Assembly (NCBI GenBank): GCA_963744995.1
Contig: CAVUWA010000005.1
Coordinates: 256,001 to 320,000, forward strand
DNA: 64,000 bases
From: Candidatus Eiseniibacteriota bacterium
Lineage (GTDB): Bacteria > Eisenbacteria > RBG-16-71-46
Direction: 5' to 3'
A model generated the notes under the pieces. That model searched no databases. It saw only the letters and a list, made by a program, of their open reading frames with translations, and was not told the origin of the DNA. This document shows positions 9,950 to 19,220 of this stretch, in pieces. A program made the position numbers and the translations under genes. Each line of letters opens with the position of its first letter. Position 1 is the first letter of the stretch.

Positions 9950-10639
9950 TCAGCGCGGCGCCAGGCCGGCCGCGGCCTCGCGGTCCAGGAACCACGCGCG
10001 GCCCCGGGCGAGCCGGATCGGACAGGCGAGCACCTCCAGATCCTCACCCAGGGCACGCGCCACCATGCGTGACTTCCCGGACCCGGTCACCAGCACCATG
10101 ACCGCGCGCGCCTCCGCGATCACGCGCGGCAGGATCGTCATCCGCCGCGGCGGCGGCTTCGGACTGTCCGTCACCAGCGCCACCCGCCGCTCGCGATCGG
10201 CGAGCAGCGGCGAACCGGGAAACAGCGAAGCGGTGTGGCCATCGCCCCCCATGCCGAGCAGCAGCAGATCGAGCGGCGTTTCGAGCAGTCGCTCGTATTC
10301 CGCGAGCGCGGCGTCTTCGTCCGGATCGTCGGCGCGCATGCGGTGCACACGCGGGCCCGGTGCCGGCAGATCCGCGAGCAGGGTTTCGCGCAGGAGTCGC
10401 AGCGTGCTGTCAGGATCATCCGGCGCCACCGCGCGTTCGTCCGCGAACAGGATCTCGACGCGCGGCCAGTCGACCCCGTCCAGCGTCGCGAGCGTGCGGT
10501 AGAGCGCGCCGGGCGTCGATCCGCCGGAGACCGCCAGCCGGGCGCGGCCGCGCGCCTGGATCGCGGCCGCGGCGATTTGCGCCACGTGCGCGGCGCCTGC
10601 GCGCGCCACCTCCGCGGAGTTCTCGAAGATCCGGATCAA
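9950..10639 (-). CDS. pgl: 6-phosphogluconolactonase
   Basis: AVSGGSTP, FADERAV, LLGMGGDGHTASLFPG and RMT motifs; lies directly downstream of zwf. Confidence 0.93.
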   Translation of the reverse strand: MIRIFENSAEVARAGAAHVAQIAAAAIQARGRARLAVSGGSTPGALYRTLATLDGVDWPRVEILFADERAVAPDDPDSTLRLLRETLLADLPAPGPRVHRMRADDPDEDAALAEYERLLETPLDLLLLGMGGDGHTASLFPGSPLLADRERRVALVTDSPKPPPRRMTILPRVIAEARAVMVLVTGSGKSRMVARALGEDLEVLACPIRLARGRAWFLDREAAAGLAPR

Positions 10640-10726
10640 TGGCTTCGCACCGCTGGCGTCCCCACCGCAATCCCGTGGGCGTCCCGCCGCGCGCTCGTGG
10701 CGCGCCGGACCGGCCTCATGGACCGC

Positions 10727-12241
10727 CTAGAGCTCCCGCCAGCCGCCGCCCTGGCGCCGTATCAGGTCGTGGCATGCGGCCGGCCCCCACGAGCCCGGCT
10801 CGTAGTTGGGGAAGTCGGTCGGCACGTGTCGCCGATAGTGTTCGAGGATCGGAGTGATCCACGCCCACGACGCCTCGACCGCGTCGCGGCGTGCGAACAG
10901 GGTCGCGTCGCCGCGCATGGCGTCGAGCAGCAGGCGTTCGTACGCCTCCGGCGGCTCGCCGCCGAACGTCTCGACGTAGCTCATGTTCATGCGCACCTGC
11001 CCCACCGCGACGTCGTGACCGGGAATCTTCGACGCGAAGCTCAGCTGGATGCCCTCATCGGGCTGGATGCGCAGCGTGAGGACGTTGGGCTCGAGGTGTT
11101 CGCACACGTCCTCGCGGCCGAACAGCGACAGCGGAATGGGCTGCATGACGAGCGAGACCTCGGTCGAGCGCTTCTTGAGCTTCTTGCCGGTGCGCAGATA
11201 GAACGGCACCCCCTGCCAGCGCCAGTTGTCCACGTAGACCCGCAGCGCCGCGAAGGTCGGCGTGACCGAATCCTTCGCCACGTTCTTTTCGTCGCGGTAG
11301 CCGCGATACTGGCCGAGGACGACGTCGCGCGGAATCGTGTCCGACCACGGCGTGCGCAGGGCCTTCATCACCTTCACCTTCTCGTCGCGGATCTCATCGG
11401 CGCCGGCGGTATACGGCGGCTCCATCGCCACCAGGCTCAGCACCTCGAGCAGGTGGTTCTGCACGATGTCGCGCAGCACGCCGTTCTCTTCGTAGAAGCG
11501 GCCACGCGAGCCGATCCCCACGGACTCCGCGGCGGTGATTTCGACGTAGCTCACGTACTTCCGGTTCCAGAGGGGTTCGAACATGCTGTTCGCGAACCGG
11601 AACACCATGATGTTCTGCACCGTCTCCTTGCCGAGATAGTGATCGATGCGAAACGCCTGCGACTCGTCCAGCGTTCCGCCGACCAGCCGGTTGAGCGCGC
11701 GCGCGCTCTCCAGATCGTGGCCGAACGGCTTCTCGATGATCACCCGCGACCAGTGTTTCTCGTGCGGCCGGTAGATGAGGCCCGCTTCCTTGAGTCCCTT
11801 CAGAATCCGTTCGAACTGGCTCGGCGGCACGGCGAGGTAGAACAGCCGGTTGCCACCGAGTCCGAGGCGCTCGTCGAGTTCGCCCAGCCGCTCGGCCAGG
11901 CGCTTGTAGAGCTTCGGATCGTCGAACTCACCCTGCACGTAGTGCAGCGCCGAGGCGAACTCGTTCCACACGGCCTCGTCGAGGCCCGAGCGCGAGAATT
12001 CCTTCACTGCGGCGTGCAGGTCGTTGCGGAACGCGTCGTCGGACATGTCACGGCGCGAGACGCCCACCCCGCCGAATCGCTGCGGGAGCGAGTCGTTCGC
12101 GGCCAGGTTGTAGATCGCCGGCAGCAACTTGCGATGGGTGAGATCGCCGGTCGCGCCGAACACCACGAAGGCGCACGGCGGCGCTTCGCGCCCGGTTCGC
12201 GGCAAGGTCCGGGGAACGGAGGCTTCGATGGGAGCGGTCAT
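10727..12241 (-). CDS. zwf: Glucose-6-phosphate 1-dehydrogenase
   Basis: VFGATGDL, IEKPFG, RIDHYLGKETVQN, RDIVQNHLL, NWRWQGVPFYLRTGK and EAYERLL motifs. Confidence 0.97.
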   Translation of the reverse strand: MTAPIEASVPRTLPRTGREAPPCAFVVFGATGDLTHRKLLPAIYNLAANDSLPQRFGGVGVSRRDMSDDAFRNDLHAAVKEFSRSGLDEAVWNEFASALHYVQGEFDDPKLYKRLAERLGELDERLGLGGNRLFYLAVPPSQFERILKGLKEAGLIYRPHEKHWSRVIIEKPFGHDLESARALNRLVGGTLDESQAFRIDHYLGKETVQNIMVFRFANSMFEPLWNRKYVSYVEITAAESVGIGSRGRFYEENGVLRDIVQNHLLEVLSLVAMEPPYTAGADEIRDEKVKVMKALRTPWSDTIPRDVVLGQYRGYRDEKNVAKDSVTPTFAALRVYVDNWRWQGVPFYLRTGKKLKKRSTEVSLVMQPIPLSLFGREDVCEHLEPNVLTLRIQPDEGIQLSFASKIPGHDVAVGQVRMNMSYVETFGGEPPEAYERLLLDAMRGDATLFARRDAVEASWAWITPILEHYRRHVPTDFPNYEPGSWGPAACHDLIRRQGGGWREL

Positions 12242-12251
12242 GCGCGTTCCC

Positions 12252-13154
12252 TCAGCGGCCCGCGGCCCTGACCGCGTGGCCGCCGAACTGATTGCGGAGC
12301 GACGCCAGGACGCGATCGCTGAACAGATTCGCATCGCGCGAGCTGAAGCGCGAGAACAGCGCGAGGGCCAGCACCGGCGTGGGCACGCCGCGCTCGACCG
12401 ATTCGAGCACCGTCCAGCGGCCCTCGCCCGAATCGTCGACGTAGCCCTTCACCTTCTCCATCTTCGGGTCGTCTTCGAACGCGCGCTCGGCCAGCTCCAG
12501 CAGCCATGAGCGCACCACGCTGCCGTGATTCCAGAGATTCGAGAGCTTCGAGAGGTCGTAGCCGAACTCGCTGACCTCGAGCAGCTGGAAGCCCTCGGCG
12601 TAGGCCTGCATCATGCCGTACTCGATGCCGTTGTGGACCATCTTCGAGAAGTGCCCGGCGCCGATCGGCCCGACGTGCTGCCAGAAGCCGGGCGGCGCGA
12701 GCGCATCCAGCGCCGGCGACAGGCGGTCGATGACGCCCTTTTCGCCGCCGATCATGATGCAGTAGCCGTTCTCCAGACCCCATACCCCGCCCGACACGCC
12801 GGCGTCCGCGAACGCGATGCCGGCCTCGCGCAGCGCGGCGCCGCGCCGCTGCGAATCGCGGTAGTTGGAGTTCCCGCCGTCGATGATCAGATCGCCCTTC
12901 GTGAGGGTACCCTGCAGATGTTCGATCGTGTCGTCGACGGGCTTGCCCGACGGAATCATGAGCCAGATCGCGCGCGGCGCCGGCAGCGCCGAAACGAGCG
13001 CGTCGAGCGACTTCGCGCCGCGGCCGCCTTCCTTCTCGAGCTCGGCGGTGGCTTCCGGCTTGCGGTTGTATCCGGTGACGCGATGCCCGGCACGTTGCAG
13101 CCGGCGCGCCATGTTGAGCCCCATCTTGCCGAGACCGACCATTCCGATGTCCAT
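12252..13154 (-). CDS. gnd: Decarboxylating 6-phosphogluconate dehydrogenase (short YqeC type)
   Basis: GLGKMG, IDGGNS, DAGVSGGVWG, KMVHNGIEYG, DSGEGRWT and LRNQFGGH motifs. Confidence 0.95.
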   Translation of the reverse strand: MDIGMVGLGKMGLNMARRLQRAGHRVTGYNRKPEATAELEKEGGRGAKSLDALVSALPAPRAIWLMIPSGKPVDDTIEHLQGTLTKGDLIIDGGNSNYRDSQRRGAALREAGIAFADAGVSGGVWGLENGYCIMIGGEKGVIDRLSPALDALAPPGFWQHVGPIGAGHFSKMVHNGIEYGMMQAYAEGFQLLEVSEFGYDLSKLSNLWNHGSVVRSWLLELAERAFEDDPKMEKVKGYVDDSGEGRWTVLESVERGVPTPVLALALFSRFSSRDANLFSDRVLASLRNQFGGHAVRAAGR

Positions 13155-13272
13155 GCTCTCTCCTCGTTGACGGCCTGCCGTGCGACCCGAGAGCCACCGG
13201 CGGCGGACGAAAGACCGACGGCCCGCTCACTCCATGTAAGCCCGGAGCGCGGACCGAAGCAAGCCGGAGCCC

Positions 13273-14481
13273 TCAGGCGGGCTGCGGACGCGGCCCCGCG
13301 CCGGGACCGGGGGCCGGCGGGTCGGATGGTGCGCCGCGTTCGTCTTCGCGCGTCTCGGGCAGCCGCAGCGCGAACATCAGCCCTGGGACCAGCGCGAAAG
13401 CGAGGGCGAACATCGCGGTCCCGAGCCCGTGGCGGTCGGCGAGCGCCCCCGCGGGGCCGATGAGCAGCATGCTCATCCCCCACGCGGCGCCCATCAACAG
13501 GCTCGACACGGTGGAAGCGTGGCGCGGCGCGATCTGCTGGCCCATCACGACGACGACCGGCAGCCCGGTCTGCAGCAGGAAGTTGCCGGCCACCAGCACC
13601 GGCACCGCCCATGCGGACGGCAGGAACGGATACGCGAGGAACAGCGGCAGGCCGCCCATGAACGAACGCACGATCACGCTGCGGCATCCGATGCGATCGG
13701 CCAGCCAGCCGCCGAGGAACGCGCCGAGCGCGCCGGCGGTGAGGTAGGCGCTCACCGCGAGCCCGCCAAAGCCGACGCCGTGCCCGCGACTCACCAGATG
13801 CAGCGGCAGGAACGTCATGAACCCGTAGCCGGCCGCCGAACGGCACACGGCGCTCAGGTAGAGAGCGGTGAGCGGGCCCGCGACCGGACGCAGCTCGCGC
13901 CAGCGCGCACGCTCGCGCGGCCGGATCGAGACCGAACGCATGCGCCGGAACCACGCCACCAGCAGCAGGCCCAGCGGCAGGGCCGTGAGCCCCCAGACCC
14001 ACGTGCGCTCGAGCCCGAACGTTCCGGCGATGGCCACCGCGATCAGCGGACCCGCGGAGAAGCCCGCCGTGCCACCCGAGACGAAGATCGACATCGCGAG
14101 TCCACGGCGTCCGATGAGTCCGCCGGCCAGTGCGACCGCCTGCGGATGGAACGCCGCCACGCCGAGGCCGCCGACCATGACCAGCGCGACCAGCGCGGGG
14201 AAGCTCGGCGCGAGCCCCACCGCGCAGAGGAAGACGCCCGCACACAACGGGCCGGCGACCACGAACCAGGGACGGTGCAGGCGGTCGGCGAGCACGCCGA
14301 ACAGGGGCTGCAGCAGCGAGGAGGTGACCGCCGCCAGCGCGACCAGCGTGCCCACCATGGTGAGGCTCAGGTCGAGCTTCTCGACCAGCAGCGGCAGGAG
14401 CGGCGAGAGGAAGCTCGAATAGCTGTCGATCGCGAAGTGACCGGTGGTGAGCAGGGCGAGGCGCGGCGACCAGCGAGGCAT
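13273..14481 (-). CDS. MFS transporter (Fsr-like)
   Basis: GHFAIDSY, LQPLFGVLADR, AAFHP and GGWLADRIG motifs; about 12 hydrophobic segments. Confidence 0.88.
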   Translation of the reverse strand: MPRWSPRLALLTTGHFAIDSYSSFLSPLLPLLVEKLDLSLTMVGTLVALAAVTSSLLQPLFGVLADRLHRPWFVVAGPLCAGVFLCAVGLAPSFPALVALVMVGGLGVAAFHPQAVALAGGLIGRRGLAMSIFVSGGTAGFSAGPLIAVAIAGTFGLERTWVWGLTALPLGLLLVAWFRRMRSVSIRPRERARWRELRPVAGPLTALYLSAVCRSAAGYGFMTFLPLHLVSRGHGVGFGGLAVSAYLTAGALGAFLGGWLADRIGCRSVIVRSFMGGLPLFLAYPFLPSAWAVPVLVAGNFLLQTGLPVVVVMGQQIAPRHASTVSSLLMGAAWGMSMLLIGPAGALADRHGLGTAMFALAFALVPGLMFALRLPETREDERGAPSDPPAPGPGAGPRPQPA

Positions 14482-14504
14482 GGCCCGAGGCTAGCACCGC
14501 ACCC

Positions 14505-14543
14505 GCAAAACACGGAGGGGGCGGACCCTGAAGGGCCCGCCCC
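14505..14543 (-). terminator. Probable intrinsic terminator after the hybrid kinase gene
   Basis: GC-rich hairpin (ggggcggaccc / gggcccgcccc on + strand) followed on the minus strand by GTGTTTTG. Confidence 0.55.
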
Positions 14544-14558
14544 GCGCCGCGGCCGCGC

Positions 14559-17123
14559 TCAGGCGGCGCGTTTCAGGATCTGGTCGTAGCGCCGGATGTA
14601 GTCCATGACCCGCTCCACCTCCTGCTCGGACTGAGCAAGACTCTCGACCACGCGATCCACGTTCCCCTCGTGCGCGAGGGCCTCCATGCGCCCGAACACG
14701 TCGGCGCACGCCGCCGCGCCGATCGTGGCGCTCATCCCCTTGAGGCCGTGCGCCTCGAACTCGACCTGCTTCGCATCGCGGACCTGCACCGCCTGTCGCA
14801 TCCGCTCGACCCGCGGGCGGACGTCGTCGCGGAACGCCTTGAGCAGCGTCTCGCGCAGGGCGGGAATGCCCATGCACGACTCCTCGAGCCGCGTCGGGTC
14901 GAGCGCCGGCGGCCGCTGGTCTTCGCCGCTCGAATCGTTCCGGGCCGGCGGCGGCGTGGCCGGCGTCTCCGTGGCCGGCGTCTCCGCAGTCTCGACCGGC
15001 TCGGCATCCGCCGCGTCCAGACGTGGCACACCGGAGTCCTGTGTGAAGCGCTCGACCATCTGCGTGAGCTGGCCCAGGTCGAGCGGCTTGCCGATGTAGC
15101 CGTCCATGCCGGCGTCCATGCAGCGACGCCGTTCCTCGGCGGTGGCCGTGGCGGTCATCGCCACGATCGGCGTGTGCTGGCGGCCGCGTTCGCGGGCCCT
15201 GAGCGCGGCCGTCGCGCGGTAGCCGTCGACCTCCGGCATTTGCAGATCCATGAGGATGAGATCGAACTGGTCGCCCTCGATCGCCTGCACCGCCTGCGCG
15301 CCGTTCGATGCCTTGACGACCGTGAAGCCGAGTCGCTGCAGAACCGATTCGGCCACCAGCTGATTCACCTGGTTGTCCTCGACGAGCAGGATCCGCACGC
15401 GGCCGCGCCGCGCTTCCGCGACCGAGTGCCGCGTGACCAGCGGCGTCCCCGACCGATCCGGAGCCGGCGCGGTCTGCATCACGTCCACGACCGCGTCGTA
15501 GATCTGCGACCACTGCAGCGGCCTGAGCAGGTAGGCGGAGAAGCCGGCTTCGCGCACGCGCTCGGCGTCGCCCCGGTTGCCGATGCTGGTCATCAGCATG
15601 AGCCGCGTGTCGTCGAGCGAGGTGTCGTCGCGGATGATCCGGCCGAGTCCGGCGCCATCCACCTCCGGCAGCTGCATCTCGATCAGGGCGAGCCGGAACG
15701 GCTGCCCGCTGCGCACCTCGGCGCGCAGCCGGGTGAGCGCTTCGGTGTGATTCGGCACGCCCTCCGGGCGGCAGCCCCATGCCGTGAGCATGCCGATCGT
15801 CTCCTCGCGCGACTCGGTCGAGGGATCGACGACCAGCACGCGCAGTCCGCGCAGCTGCACCGATTCGGCGGCAGCCGCCGCGGTCCGCGCCGCGGCCTGT
15901 TTCTCGAGGGGAATCCGGAACCAGAAGCGGACGCCGCCTTCGGGCGATTCGGCCATGCCGACTTCGCCATCCATGTTGACGACGATCCTGCGGGCCACGG
16001 CGAGCGACAGGCTCGCACCGCCCTGACGGCGCGCCTGCGCGTCGTCGCTCTTCGACCACGCGTCGAAGACCAGGGCGAGATCGGGGTCCGCCGAGTCGAG
16101 ACCGGACTGGGTCACGCCGAAGCGCAGGAGGACGCGTTCGTCGTCCTCGTGCTCACGCTCGACCTGGATGTGCAGCGTCCCGCTCGAGGTGAGCTTGAGC
16201 GTCGTGGTCGCGAGATTGCAGACGACCTGGCGGATCCGGGCGGGATCGCCCTTGAGCAGCGACGGCGCCTCGTAGTGCACGCGGCAGTCGAAACCGAGGC
16301 CCTTCTCGTTGGCGAGCGGCGCGACCAGCGCAGCGACTTCTTCGACGGTGTGGCGCAGGTCGAAGTCGAGTGACTGCACGTCGAGCGCGTCCTTGTCGAG
16401 GTGCGTGAATTCCAGCGTGTCGTTCACCAGGTTGAGCAGCGCGCCCGAGGAGCTCTGGATCACTTCGATGAAGCTGCGCTGATCGGCGTCGAGTTCCGTC
16501 TCGAGCAGCAGCTGCGCCATGCCGAGGATGCCGTTGATCGGCGTGCGCAACTCCTCGCTCATCGTGGTGAGGAAGTCGGTCTTCAGTTCCGCTTCGGAGC
16601 GCGCTTCATCGAGCCGCGCGGAGAGGTCGGAGCTGTGCGACGCGTCTGCGCTCGCCACGCCGGCGCCGGCCCCCGCCTCGCCTCCGTACGGACCGGCCCA
16701 GCCGGGCGTGCCCCGGGGCGGGTCGGCCGGGGCGGCGGGCCGCGCGCACCCGATGAACAGCACGTCGCCGTCCGGCCGCTCGACCCGCCGCACGCGCGCA
16801 CTGAACGGCAGCGCGTTTCCATCCCCGGTGGTGAGCACGATGTCGGCGGTGACGACCTCGGTCGCCCGACGGCGCTGGCGCAGGAACGTGCGCGCGATCG
16901 CGCGGCGTGACGGCTCGGCGACGATCGAGAGGAAGGAGCCGCCGAGCAGGTTCGCGGCCTTCATGCCCAGATGCGACTCGACCGCCGAGTTGAGCCACTG
17001 GAAGCGCCCTTCGGCGTCACAACAGAAGATGAGGTCGGGAGCCGATTCGATGAGCTCGCGCGCGCCGATCGTCACGTGTGGCGTCGAGCTCGACGGGCTT
17101 CCCTGCCATGGCTTGTCGAACAT
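14559..17123 (-). CDS. Hybrid sensor protein PAS-HisKA-HATPase-REC-REC-HPt with a degenerate kinase core
   Basis: PAS domain (ELIESAPDLIFCCDAEGRF). H-box reads MSEELRTP with no His; N/G boxes are eroded. REC1 reads LIEMQLP, REC2 ILMDLQMP, HPt AHGLKG. GAGGAG RBS before ATG 17123; the start is tentative. Confidence 0.88.
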   Translation of the reverse strand: MFDKPWQGSPSSSTPHVTIGARELIESAPDLIFCCDAEGRFQWLNSAVESHLGMKAANLLGGSFLSIVAEPSRRAIARTFLRQRRRATEVVTADIVLTTGDGNALPFSARVRRVERPDGDVLFIGCARPAAPADPPRGTPGWAGPYGGEAGAGAGVASADASHSSDLSARLDEARSEAELKTDFLTTMSEELRTPINGILGMAQLLLETELDADQRSFIEVIQSSSGALLNLVNDTLEFTHLDKDALDVQSLDFDLRHTVEEVAALVAPLANEKGLGFDCRVHYEAPSLLKGDPARIRQVVCNLATTTLKLTSSGTLHIQVEREHEDDERVLLRFGVTQSGLDSADPDLALVFDAWSKSDDAQARRQGGASLSLAVARRIVVNMDGEVGMAESPEGGVRFWFRIPLEKQAAARTAAAAAESVQLRGLRVLVVDPSTESREETIGMLTAWGCRPEGVPNHTEALTRLRAEVRSGQPFRLALIEMQLPEVDGAGLGRIIRDDTSLDDTRLMLMTSIGNRGDAERVREAGFSAYLLRPLQWSQIYDAVVDVMQTAPAPDRSGTPLVTRHSVAEARRGRVRILLVEDNQVNQLVAESVLQRLGFTVVKASNGAQAVQAIEGDQFDLILMDLQMPEVDGYRATAALRARERGRQHTPIVAMTATATAEERRRCMDAGMDGYIGKPLDLGQLTQMVERFTQDSGVPRLDAADAEPVETAETPATETPATPPPARNDSSGEDQRPPALDPTRLEESCMGIPALRETLLKAFRDDVRPRVERMRQAVQVRDAKQVEFEAHGLKGMSATIGAAACADVFGRMEALAHEGNVDRVVESLAQSEQEVERVMDYIRRYDQILKRAA

Positions 17124-17501
17124 GATCTCGAGCTCCTCGAGCGGGGCTGCGGCCGCAACCGATCCGCCTGGGTCGACCCTGTTTCCCCCGGGAGCACCGG
17201 ACGGGCCGAGGGGGTTTTCGTGCCGGTTATCGGCCTGCCGCTCCAGCCACTTGAGGCGCCGTGCCTCGGGGTCCGGGGCCGGCGACCAGATCGCGCGGCG
17301 AAGGCGGTCGGCGCCGTGCGAGGAGGTGCAGGGGGACATCACCCACAGCAATGCAAAGAGTGGGTCATTCTTCCCAACTGATGTCTTTCACTGGATTTAC
17401 ACCGTTTGTCCTCGCTAGACTTTTCGTCGTCTTCAACCGCCGGCACATGCGCCGGGGTCGTCAGATGCTGCCCTCACGACCGAAGACGCCTGACTCAACC
17501 A

Positions 17502-17609
17502 CCCCGGTTCCCCACCCGGGGCCACTCGATTCGCGGCACCGAAGACCCCGCGGATCCCCCCTCGGTCCCAACTTCCCGGTTGGTGACTGTTGTCTGTCGG
17601 AGGCTGACC
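17502..17609 (+). promoter_or_regulatory. Structured 5' leader, copy 1 (shared with 19117-19220)
   Basis: Four hairpins shared with copy 2; the last, GTCGG-AGG-CTGAC, overlaps the GGAGG RBS. Confidence 0.5.
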
Positions 17610-18815
17610 ATGCATCACGCTTCACGCTTCACAGCCGTCTTCCGCACCGCCCTGCTGGCCTCGTGCCTGCTGCTCCTGGGCGTCGCGGGCAGCGCCCACG
17701 CGCAGGGCCCGGCCCCGAGCTGCGAGATCACGGGTCCGACCAGCGTTCTCGTGGGCGAACCCTTCACGCTCTGCGGCATCGAAGGCGAAGGCCTGACCTA
17801 CACGTGGCAGGACAGTGAAGGCAACGACATCAATCATGATCGCTGCCTCGACTTCCCGAACGGCCTGCCCGCGCCGGGCTCGTACGACTACGAGTTCATC
17901 ATCAGCCAGGGTCCGGACTTCCTGAAGTGCCCGATCACGATCGTCGTGCGTGAGCTCCCGCCGCCGCCCGATGGACGCTGCTGGCTCACCGGTGGTGGCC
18001 TCAAGGTCACCGACGGCCTCGGCTCGAAGCACAGCTTCGGCGGCAACATCAACCCGGCCTGCAGCCCGACCGCCGGCGAGGGTGGCAACTGGAACGACGT
18101 GAATCACACGGTGGGTCTGCACTTCTCGGGCCGCGCCATCGAAGTGCTGCGCTGCGGCAACGTCGAGGGCATCCCGGAGGGGTCCGAGTCGCCGGTCACG
18201 CCTGTGAACTTCATCGAGTTCACCGGAACGGGCTGGGTCAAGGGCGTCGCCGGTAACCACGCGAGCTACGATAACGTGTACTTCTTCGGCCACTATGAGG
18301 ACCGCGAGGAGCCGGGCAGCAACGGCCAGCCGGATCCGCAGTACCGGGACCGCTACTTCCTGCACGTCTACACCGATCCCACGGATCCTGCGGGGACGAC
18401 AGTGATGCTCGTGGACGGCGACGGCGATCCGACCACCATGGACCCGATCACGATCGACGACGGCAACCTGCAGATGCACTTCCAGCCGTGCGATCCGGAA
18501 GTGGTCACGGGCAGCCTGCGCCAGCAGATCCGCAATGCGGAGACGGGCTCGCTCCCGACCGAACTCTCGTTCTCGGCCACGAATCCGGCGTCGCAGAAGA
18601 GCGTCCTGCGCTTCTCGATGCCGATCGACGGCAACGTGTCGGTCAAGATCTTCGACGTCGCCGGCCGTCAGGTCGCCGACCTCGGCACGGGCTACGTCAC
18701 GGCCGGTTCGCACTCTGTGGACTGGAACGTGCGCGGCGTCGCGCGGGGTCTGTACTTCGCCCGCCTCGTCGTCAACGACCAGGTGCGGACGCAGCAGATC
18801 GTGGTGTCCCGCTAG
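17610..18815 (+). CDS. Secreted protein with a Cys-containing N-terminal module and T9SS-A/FlgD-Ig-like C-terminal domain (paralogue 1)
   Basis: Signal peptide ending AHA-Q. C-terminus NPASQKSVLRFSMP...KIFDVAGRQVADL...RGLYFARL. Confidence 0.8.
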   Translation: MHHASRFTAVFRTALLASCLLLLGVAGSAHAQGPAPSCEITGPTSVLVGEPFTLCGIEGEGLTYTWQDSEGNDINHDRCLDFPNGLPAPGSYDYEFIISQGPDFLKCPITIVVRELPPPPDGRCWLTGGGLKVTDGLGSKHSFGGNINPACSPTAGEGGNWNDVNHTVGLHFSGRAIEVLRCGNVEGIPEGSESPVTPVNFIEFTGTGWVKGVAGNHASYDNVYFFGHYEDREEPGSNGQPDPQYRDRYFLHVYTDPTDPAGTTVMLVDGDGDPTTMDPITIDDGNLQMHFQPCDPEVVTGSLRQQIRNAETGSLPTELSFSATNPASQKSVLRFSMPIDGNVSVKIFDVAGRQVADLGTGYVTAGSHSVDWNVRGVARGLYFARLVVNDQVRTQQIVVSR

Positions 18816-18837
18816 TCACCGAAGCACAGCCATCAGG

Positions 18838-18870
18838 GAAGGGCGGGCCGTCTTTCCGGCCCGCCCTTTC
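18838..18870 (+). terminator. Intrinsic terminator-like hairpin
   Basis: gaagggcgggccg-tcttt-ccggcccgccctttc shortly after the stop codon. Confidence 0.7.
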
Positions 18871-19116
18871 TGCCTCTGGCATGCAGCAGCCGTCCCGGAC
18901 CCGGGCCATCCACGAGGCCGGAGCCCCACCGGCCGACCCAGGTGGGTCAAATCGCCCACCTTGCGGCCCGCCGTCTTGGCGTGAATGTCCTGACCAACCC
19001 AACTATTCACTGGCGGTTGCAGGATACGGTCACTAGAATTACGCGAGGTCTGTCACCCGATGGCAGCCGGTGTGCCGCCCTCCCTGCCCTGCGGCCCCGG
19101 CGCCCGTGGTGTGCGC

Positions 19117-19220
19117 TCCCGGGTTGTTCCGGGATCCCCCGATTCGCGGCGCACAGACCCCGCGGATCTCCCCTCGGTCACCAACTCCAGGTTGGCGACT
19201 GGCGTCTGTCGGAGGCTGAC
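19117..19220 (+). promoter_or_regulatory. Structured 5' leader, copy 2
   Basis: Near-repeat of 17502-17609; differences fall mostly in loops. Confidence 0.5.

Noticed and set aside
9430..9950. IS3-family insertion sequence
   Set aside because: No DDE transposase, and no terminal inverted repeats or target duplication that I could find.
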